IMG/VR virus record: IMGVR_UViG_2740892421_000017
Location: 1 to 13,004 of that record
DNA: 13,004 nt
Origin: a virus
Lineage: Duplodnaviria > Heunggongvirae > Uroviricota > Caudoviricetes
Strand: one strand, 5' to 3'
The position numbers and the translations under genes are program-made. Shown here piece after piece: positions 7,638 to 13,004 of this stretch. Every line of letters starts with the position of its first letter. The stretch's first letter is position 1. The notes under the pieces are model-generated. The model was not told the DNA's origin, did not search any database, and saw only the letters and a program-made list of their open reading frames with translations.

Positions 7638-8260
7638 GCACGGTAGCGAAAGATCTCACAGAAGATATTCTCAATAAAATTATTGCTGGTGCAAATACCT
7701 CGCTTGAGCAACTTCTTGCGTTAGCACTGAGAGCCGAACGTCGAGACAGAAATCGTTTTTATGAGCGATTACCAGGGAAGCGACCAGATAGATCGGATGA
7801 AGAAGGTTGCGATATAGACTACATGGAGCCTTCAGAGATTTATCAACTTGGTAAAGATGACGGCTGGAACGCTTATCACGATGCTGTGATGAAGTTGGAT
7901 GAAAAAGTTAAACCTCTTTCTCGACCGGTAGATCACGGTTTCCGCGATAACTGCGAATGCTCTAGTTGCCAGACCACGGCCCGTATTTGTTCCGAATTGA
8001 CAGATAAGTCCAGCCTAATCTACGAAGTTAATGTAGGCGGTAATACATGGGTCGAATGCACAAGAGCTGCATACGTAAGAGCAAAAGACAAGGGTGAATT
8101 AACCAGAGTTGTTACCAATCACCCAAATAATGAGCTTAAAGATCACCAGATTCGAGAACTGGTGAACGAGTTGAGAGATATTGCGGTTCAGTACCACGGA
8201 ACGCAGCAATTGCGGGAGAAGATTGCCAGAGCAGTGAACAACTCAGTCCGTAAAAAATAA
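7634..8260 (+). CDS. Hypothetical protein with cysteine cluster (CxCxxC-x6-C), 208 aa
   Basis: Last gene of the coupled chain. Motif DNCECSSCQTTARICSE suggests a small metal-binding knuckle. Followed by a hairpin at 8278-8302. Confidence 0.6.
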   Translation: MSTVAKDLTEDILNKIIAGANTSLEQLLALALRAERRDRNRFYERLPGKRPDRSDEEGCDIDYMEPSEIYQLGKDDGWNAYHDAVMKLDEKVKPLSRPVDHGFRDNCECSSCQTTARICSELTDKSSLIYEVNVGGNTWVECTRAAYVRAKDKGELTRVVTNHPNNELKDHQIRELVNELRDIAVQYHGTQQLREKIARAVNNSVRKK

Positions 8261-8277
8261 GCAATAGTACGATAAAG

Positions 8278-8302
8278 AGGCCCCATGCTCTTGATGGGGC
8301 CT
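8278..8302. terminator. Putative transcription-terminating hairpin after the operon
   Basis: 9-bp stem aggccccat(8278-8286)/atggggcct(8294-8302) with a 7-nt loop. No clear U-tract on the plus strand, so a rho-independent call is tentative. Confidence 0.35.
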
Positions 8303-8369
8303 GTAGCAACTAGCGTTATGGACGCTGGTTTACGTACTCAATGATCGCTTTGATAATCGCGAACATCGG

Positions 8370-8665
8370 CGGCACGATTTTGAACAGTAAGTTAACCATA
8401 ACAGGCCTCACTTAGTTTTATCGCGCCTAGCTGCAAATACCTTTGGGCTTGCCTTTGCAGTTGCAATATCTGTAGTCGCCAGATACTTACGGCACGATTT
8501 CGAGTTAAGGTAAGGTTTTAGAGTCACCAAAAACCTGGACTTAAATCTTCTTTGAGAACAACGATGTTTAGTAAATGGTCATTATTACCTGGTATGACCA
8601 CTCAACCTTTCTTGATGAATCCAGTACATTCGGTTAATCTTAATTCAGTCGCCAGATACTTATGG
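8370..8665. repeat. Mosaic short direct repeats in a noncoding region
   Basis: Repeat Y, agtcgccagatactta[c/t]gg, at 8474-8492 and 8647-8665. Repeat X, cggcacgattt[t/c]ga, at 8370-8383 and 8490-8503. The first Y copy abuts the second X copy (Y+X composite at 8474-8503). Confidence 0.6.
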
Positions 8666-8671
8666 CTCAGG

Positions 8672-8730
8672 AACAGAGCCGCAAACTCTGTTTCCTTTTA
8701 AAAAGCCCAGCCTAGTCAACTGGGCTTTTT
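8672..8730 (+). terminator. Tandem rho-independent terminators (second one bidirectional-capable)
   Basis: Hairpin aacagag(8673-8679)-ccgcaaa-ctctgtt(8687-8693) followed by tccttttaaaaa; then hairpin agcccag(8704-8710)-cctagtcaa-ctgggct(8720-8726) followed by ttttt (8726-8730) and preceded by an A-run. Confidence 0.6.
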
Positions 8731-9025
8731 AATGTCTATTTTTAACCCAACATACCCTCAATACTGCAACATCAGTGTCTTGCGAATTAAGATAGTGTGA
8801 ATAGATTTTTCATGCAAGTGCATAAGCCTGTGGATAACTCAGGAAGGAAAAAGTGACTTCTGCGCACTTTAGACCGGACAAGGCGTTCGAAAAAGTCAAT
8901 GGGAAGAAAAAATTTGTTAAAAATAACGTTTGTTTGAATTGTATATATTTATGCCTTTCAATAGTTAGCATCTTATTAACATCTTTTTTAAGAGATAGAG
9001 TTCAAAAATATATAGCTTCAATATA

Positions 9026-9045
9026 TACTGTATGTGTATACAGTA
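9026..9045. promoter_or_regulatory. LexA (SOS) box overlapping the putative promoter of the UmuD'-like gene
   Basis: TACTGTATGTGTATACAGTA, a palindromic CTGT-N8-ACAG element matching the E. coli LexA consensus TACTGT(AT)4ACAGTA. Plausible -35 ttcaaa (9001-9006) and -10 tatact (9024-9029); box ends 16 nt before the ATG at 9062. Confidence 0.75.
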
Positions 9046-9061
9046 TTAAGAGGCGAGTATT

Positions 9062-9451
9062 ATGGGCTTCCCTTCTCCTGCGGCGGATTATGCTGAGAGC
9101 CGTATTTCTCTTGATCAGCAGATAATTAGACATCCTTCAGCGACCTACTTCATGAGGGCAGCTGATAGTCATCATCGTGAGGGAATATTACAGGGTGCAT
9201 TGCTGGTGGTCGATTCCTCACTTACCCCGGTTGATGGTTCTCTGCTTGTATGCGCTCTGGATGGGGAATATCGCGTAAAAAGATACCGGAAGTACCCACG
9301 TCAGCATCTGGAGGATTTAAGAACCGGTAAGAAGGAAGCATTGCCAAAGGATGACGATGGATGCACGGGCAGCAATGCCGTGTTTGGTGTGATCACTCAC
9401 ATTATCAACGACGCAAGAAGTGGCGAGTTTGATGATTGTCCCGTGATGTAG
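9062..9451 (+). CDS. UmuD'-like protein (peptidase S24 / LexA C-terminal-domain fold), naturally lacking the N-terminal arm, 129 aa
   Basis: Begins [30 protein letters not shown], aligning with E. coli UmuD from Gly25 onward (...VQC/[29 protein letters not shown]...). In-frame TAA at 9047-9049 excludes an N-terminal extension. AAGAGG Shine-Dalgarno at 9048-9053. Ser/Lys dyad region retained but altered (AADSHH, RVKRY). Confidence 0.75.
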   Translation: [129 protein letters not shown]

Positions 9452-9463
9452 GAGAACTGATTA

Positions 9464-9487
9464 GGCGGTGCAATGCACCGCCTTTTT
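9464..9487. terminator. Bidirectional terminator between the convergent UmuD'-like gene and mrp (copy 2)
   Basis: Stem ggcggtg(9464-9470)/caccgcc(9476-9482) with loop caatg, followed by ttttt (9483-9487); immediately adjacent to the mrp stop codon (9489-9491). Confidence 0.6.
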
Positions 9488-9488
9488 A

Positions 9489-10589
9489 TCACACTGCGCG
9501 GAATGCGATTTCGCCAGGTATTACTTCACCTTGCCAATACATTTGGGCAGCAACGCGATCTGCGAGGTCACGATAAATAGCCGTAAATTCACTATCTGGA
9601 CGACTAATAACGGTTGGTGTTCCGTTATCCAGATCTTCACGAAGAGAGATATGAAGTGGCATTTGGCCTAACAACTGCGTGTTGTATTTCTCGGCCAGTT
9701 TCTCTGCGCCACCGGTGCCAAAAATTGGCTCGTGATGACCGCAGTTACTGCAAATATGCACACTCATGTTTTCGACGATACCAAGTACCGGCACTTCGAC
9801 TTTTTCGAACATCACAATGCCTTTCTTCGCATCGATCAGCGCGATGTCTTGCGGCGTAGTTACCACAACAGCACCAGTTACAGGAATGTTCTGCGCCAGC
9901 GTCAACTGAATATCACCAGTGCCCGGCGGCATATCGAGAACAAGATAGTCCAGATCAGGCCACAATGTTTCCTGCAACATCTGCATTAACGCCTTGCTCG
10001 CCATCGGTCCACGCCACACCATTGCATTGTCGTCGGTGACCAGATAACCAATAGAGTTGGTTGCCAGGCCATGAGACATGATAGGTGCCATGTGAGTACC
10101 GTCAGGTGAGGTTGGACGTTGGTTTTCCGCGCCCAGCATGGTTGGAATTGATGGACCATAGATATCGGCATCCAAAATACCAACTTTCGCACCTTCAGCA
10201 GCCAACGCCAGTGCCAGGTTTACCGCCGTGGAGGATTTACCCACGCCGCCCTTGCCTGAGCTGACGGCGATAATGTTCTTAACGCCATTAATGCCTGGTT
10301 GGTTTTTGACGCGCTTAAGCGTGGCAATGTTGTACGACAGCTTCCAGTCAATAGCCTTTGCGCCAGTGATACGGAGCAGATCACCACTACATTGCTCTTT
10401 CAGGTCTTCAAAAGGCTTATTCCACACGAAAGGCATGATTAGTTCGACATGCAGTGTGTCATCCATCAACGCAACATGGTGTAACGCTTTAAGCGTAGTC
10501 AGGTTGTGTTTCAGGGTTGGGTGCTGAAAATTAGCCAGCGTACCGGCTACCATTGCTCTCAGGGCATCCGGCGATTTGGACTCGCTCAT
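9489..10589 (-). CDS. mrp: Mrp/ApbC family iron-sulfur cluster carrier ATPase, 366 aa (copy 2, diverged ortholog)
   Basis: Translation MSESKSPDALRAMVAGT... with P-loop SSGKGGVGKSS and CSNCGH motif; co-linear with copy 1 but with about 20 amino-acid differences. GGAG Shine-Dalgarno upstream. Confidence 0.95.
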   Translation of the reverse strand: MSESKSPDALRAMVAGTLANFQHPTLKHNLTTLKALHHVALMDDTLHVELIMPFVWNKPFEDLKEQCSGDLLRITGAKAIDWKLSYNIATLKRVKNQPGINGVKNIIAVSSGKGGVGKSSTAVNLALALAAEGAKVGILDADIYGPSIPTMLGAENQRPTSPDGTHMAPIMSHGLATNSIGYLVTDDNAMVWRGPMASKALMQMLQETLWPDLDYLVLDMPPGTGDIQLTLAQNIPVTGAVVVTTPQDIALIDAKKGIVMFEKVEVPVLGIVENMSVHICSNCGHHEPIFGTGGAEKLAEKYNTQLLGQMPLHISLREDLDNGTPTVISRPDSEFTAIYRDLADRVAAQMYWQGEVIPGEIAFRAV

Positions 10590-10746
10590 CCCGTCTCCTT
10601 TATTTTAATTTGCGCAATTGTCGCCTTGTAGTGTACTCCAGCTACGACATTTAATCATTTATGAGAAATGCTGTTATCACATGGCAGACATAAGGCCATT
10701 TTGTTACTATCAAGCCCCTTTTCACTACAAAGAAGTAATGCCTACT
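10590..10746. promoter_or_regulatory. Divergent mrp/metG promoter region (copy 2)
   Basis: 157-bp intergenic region between divergent mrp and metG starts; sequence differs from copy 1 except near the metG start. Confidence 0.4.
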
Positions 10747-12780
10747 ATGACCCAAGTCGCGAAGAAAATTCTGGTGACGTGCGCGCTGCCGTACGCTAAC
10801 GGCTCAATCCACCTCGGCCATATGCTGGAGCACATCCAGGCTGATGTCTGGGTTCGTTACCAGCGAATGCGCGGCCACGAGGTTAATTTCATCTGTGCCG
10901 ACGATGCCCACGGTACGCCGATCATGCTGAAAGCACAGCAGCTTGGTATCACACCGGAGCAGATGATTGGCGAAATGAGTCAGGAACACCAGACTGATTT
11001 CGCAGGCTTTAACATCAGCTATGACAACTATCACTCGACGCACAGCGAAGAGAACCGTCAGTTGTCTGAGCTTATCTATACTCGCCTGAAAGAGAACGGT
11101 TTTATTAAAAACCGCACTATCTCTCAGTTGTACGACCCGGAAAAAGGCATGTTCCTGCCGGATCGTTTTGTAAAAGGCACCTGCCCGAAATGTAAAGCGC
11201 CAGATCAATACGGCGATAACTGTGAAGTCTGCGGCGCAACATATAGCCCGACTGAATTGATCGAGCCGAAATCGGTGGTTTCTGGCGCTACCCCGGTAAT
11301 GCGTGATTCCGAACACTTCTTCTTTGATCTGCCTTCTTTCAGCGAAATGTTGCAGGCATGGACCCGCAGCGGCGCGTTGCAGGAGCAGGTGGCGAACAAA
11401 ATGCAGGAATGGTTTGAATCCGGCCTGCAACAGTGGGATATCTCCCGAGATGCGCCCTACTTCGGTTTTGAAATTCCGAACGCGCCGGGCAAATATTTCT
11501 ACGTCTGGCTGGACGCGCCGATTGGCTACATGGGTTCCTTCAAGAATCTGTGCGACAAGCGCGGCGATACCACCAGCTTCGATGAATACTGGAAGAAAGA
11601 CTCCACCGCCGAGCTGTACCACTTCATCGGTAAAGATATTGTTTACTTCCACAGCCTGTTCTGGCCTGCCATGCTGGAAGGCAGCAACTTCCGCAAGCCG
11701 ACCAACCTGTTTGTTCATGGCTATGTGACGGTGAACGGCGCGAAGATGTCCAAGTCTCGCGGCACCTTTATTAAAGCCAGCACCTGGCTGAATCATTTTG
11801 ACGCTGACAGCCTGCGTTACTACTACACTGCGAAACTCTCTTCGCGCATTGATGATATCGATCTCAACCTGGAGGATTTCGTTCAGCGTGTGAATGCCGA
11901 TATCGTGAATAAAGTGGTTAACCTGGCCTCCCGCAACGCAGGCTTTATCAACAAGCGTTTTGACGGTGTGCTGGCAAGCGAGCTGGCTGACCCTGAGCTG
12001 TACAAAACCTTTACCGATGCCGCTGAAGTGATTGGTGAAGCGTGGGAAAGCCGTGAATTTGGTAAAGCAGTGCGCGAAATCATGGCACTGGCTGACCTGG
12101 CTAACCGCTATGTCGACGAGCAGGCTCCGTGGGTAGTCGCAAAACAGGAAGGTCGCGATGCTGACCTGCAGGCGATTTGCTCAATGGGCATCAACCTGTT
12201 CCGCGTGCTGATGACTTACCTGAAGCCGGTACTGCCGAAACTGACCGAGCGTGCAGAAGCCTTCCTCAATACGGAACTGACCTGGGATGGTATCCAGCAA
12301 CCGCTGCTGGACCACAAAGTGAATCCGTTCAAGGCACTGTATAACCGCATCGATATGAAGCAGGTTGAAGCACTGGTGGAAGCGTCTAAAGAAGAAGTGA
12401 AAGCAGCTGCCGCGCCAGTTACTGGCCCACTGGCAGATGATCCGATTCAGGAAACCATCACCTTTGACGACTTCGCCAAAGTTGACCTGCGCGTAGCGCT
12501 GATCGAAAACGCAGAGTTTGTTGAAGGTTCTGACAAACTGCTGCGCCTGACACTGGATCTCGGCGGTGAAAAACGCAATGTCTTCTCCGGTATTCGTTCT
12601 GCCTACCCGGATCCGCAGGCACTGATTGGTCGTCACACCATTATGGTGGCTAACCTGGCACCACGTAAAATGCGCTTTGGAATCTCCGAAGGCATGGTGA
12701 TGGCTGCCGGTCCAGGCGGGAAAGATATCTTCCTGCTAAGCCCGGATGCTGGTGCTAAACCGGGTCATCAGGTGAAATAA
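10747..12780 (+). CDS. metG: Methionyl-tRNA synthetase, complete, 677 aa
   Basis: Translation from [26 protein letters not shown] contains the HIGH-type motif and KMSKS (GAKMSKSRG) and ends ...[10 protein letters not shown], matching E. coli MetG length and sequence as I recall it. The ORF-track start at 10618 is an upstream extension and was rejected. Confidence 0.95.
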   Translation: MTQVAKKILVTCALPYANGSIHLGHMLEHIQADVWVRYQRMRGHEVNFICADDAHGTPIMLKAQQLGITPEQMIGEMSQEHQTDFAGFNISYDNYHSTHSEENRQLSELIYTRLKENGFIKNRTISQLYDPEKGMFLPDRFVKGTCPKCKAPDQYGDNCEVCGATYSPTELIEPKSVVSGATPVMRDSEHFFFDLPSFSEMLQAWTRSGALQEQVANKMQEWFESGLQQWDISRDAPYFGFEIPNAPGKYFYVWLDAPIGYMGSFKNLCDKRGDTTSFDEYWKKDSTAELYHFIGKDIVYFHSLFWPAMLEGSNFRKPTNLFVHGYVTVNGAKMSKSRGTFIKASTWLNHFDADSLRYYYTAKLSSRIDDIDLNLEDFVQRVNADIVNKVVNLASRNAGFINKRFDGVLASELADPELYKTFTDAAEVIGEAWESREFGKAVREIMALADLANRYVDEQAPWVVAKQEGRDADLQAICSMGINLFRVLMTYLKPVLPKLTERAEAFLNTELTWDGIQQPLLDHKVNPFKALYNRIDMKQVEALVEASKEEVKAAAAPVTGPLADDPIQETITFDDFAKVDLRVALIENAEFVEGSDKLLRLTLDLGGEKRNVFSGIRSAYPDPQALIGRHTIMVANLAPRKMRFGISEGMVMAAGPGGKDIFLLSPDAGAKPGHQVK

Positions 12781-12790
12781 TCCCCCTTCA

Positions 12791-12819
12791 AGGCGCTGCA
12801 TCGACAGCGCCTTTTCTTT
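12791..12819 (+). terminator. Rho-independent terminator of metG
   Basis: Stem aggcgctg(12791-12798)/cagcgcct(12805-12812) with loop catcga, followed by tttcttt (12813-12819). Confidence 0.7.
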
Positions 12820-12920
12820 ATAAATTCCTAAAGTTGTTTTCTTGCGATTTTGTCTCTCTCTAACCCGCATAAATACTGGTAGCATCTGCATTCAACTGGA
12901 TAAAATTACAGGGATGCAGA

Positions 12921-13004
12921 ATGAGACACTTTATCTATCAGGACGAAAAATCACATAAATTCTGGGCGGTGGAGCAACAGGGAAACGAGTTGCATATCAG
13001 TTGG
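12921..13004 (+). CDS. molR: WGR-domain protein (MolR-like), first 28 codons only; continues past window end
   Basis: ATG at 12921; translation MRHFIYQDEKSHKFWAVEQQGNELHISW resembles the N-terminus of the E. coli gene downstream of metG (molR/yehH region), from memory. Confidence 0.55.
   Translation, partial: MRHFIYQDEKSHKFWAVEQQGNELHISW

Larger units (their letters stand above)
3632..9488. mobile_element. Prophage-like accessory gene block (boundaries uncertain; left end lost in the gap)
   Basis: Ten co-directional small ORFs of unknown function, a DUF551-like protein, a ClpX zinc-finger-like protein and a UmuD'-like gene, in the position that yehE/yehD occupy downstream of mrp in copy 1. 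No integrase or att site identified. Confidence 0.45.

Noticed and set aside
8370-8665. Possible CRISPR array, retron msr/msd or ToxI-type tandem RNA repeats
   Set aside because: Only two copies of each short repeat, with irregular spacing and no adjacent cas, reverse-transcriptase or toxin gene; pattern does not fit those architectures.
8564-8701. 45-aa ORF ending exactly at the tandem terminators in the noncoding region
   Set aside because: No convincing Shine-Dalgarno and no recognisable features; the region is more economically explained as noncoding RNA or repeat sequence.
8853-9125. 90-aa GTG-initiated ORF with a strong AGGAAGG Shine-Dalgarno, hydrophobic middle, running through the LexA box into the UmuD'-like gene
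   Set aside because: It reads across the promoter/operator and overlaps the start of the UmuD'-like gene by 64 nt in another frame. AT-rich DNA readily yields Ile/Leu/Phe-rich pseudo-ORFs. Kept as low priority only; a small membrane peptide cannot be excluded without ribosome profiling.
10804-11796. 330-aa ORF on the minus strand inside metG (copy 2), and its counterpart 3018..3701 in copy 1
   Set aside because: Antisense to a confidently identified, highly conserved metG; long antisense ORFs are common opposite such genes. The copy-1 version also runs through the N-run.

Overview
The window is a composite of three parts. (1) Positions 1..3621 are an Escherichia coli K-12-like chromosomal segment: yehD (fimbrial subunit, -), yehE (-), mrp/apbC (-) and the first ~307 codons of metG (+), which stops at a 10-nt N-run (3622..3631). 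(2) Positions 3632..9488 are a ~5.9 kb accessory, prophage-like block with no integrase or transposase in view. It holds ten co-directional genes of unknown function, eight of them chained by overlapping stop/start codons (4516..8260). These include a ClpX-type zinc-finger protein and a DUF551-like protein. They are followed by a ~550 bp noncoding region with mosaic direct repeats and tandem terminators, then a LexA-box-controlled gene for a naturally truncated UmuD'-like protein (9062..9451). (3) Positions 9489..13004 are a second, diverged copy of mrp, a complete metG and the start of a molR-like gene. The two mrp-metG copies differ (roughly 4% nucleotide divergence in metG, about 15-20% at the 3' end of mrp, by hand alignment of sampled stretches), so the N-run most likely marks a scaffold or chimeric junction rather than a true tandem duplication. 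No rRNA, tRNA, CRISPR array or IS element was recognised. The best candidates for new biology are the coupled eight-gene operon, the ClpX zinc-finger protein and the SOS-regulated UmuD' mimic. All product calls come from reading the translations by eye; no database search was run.
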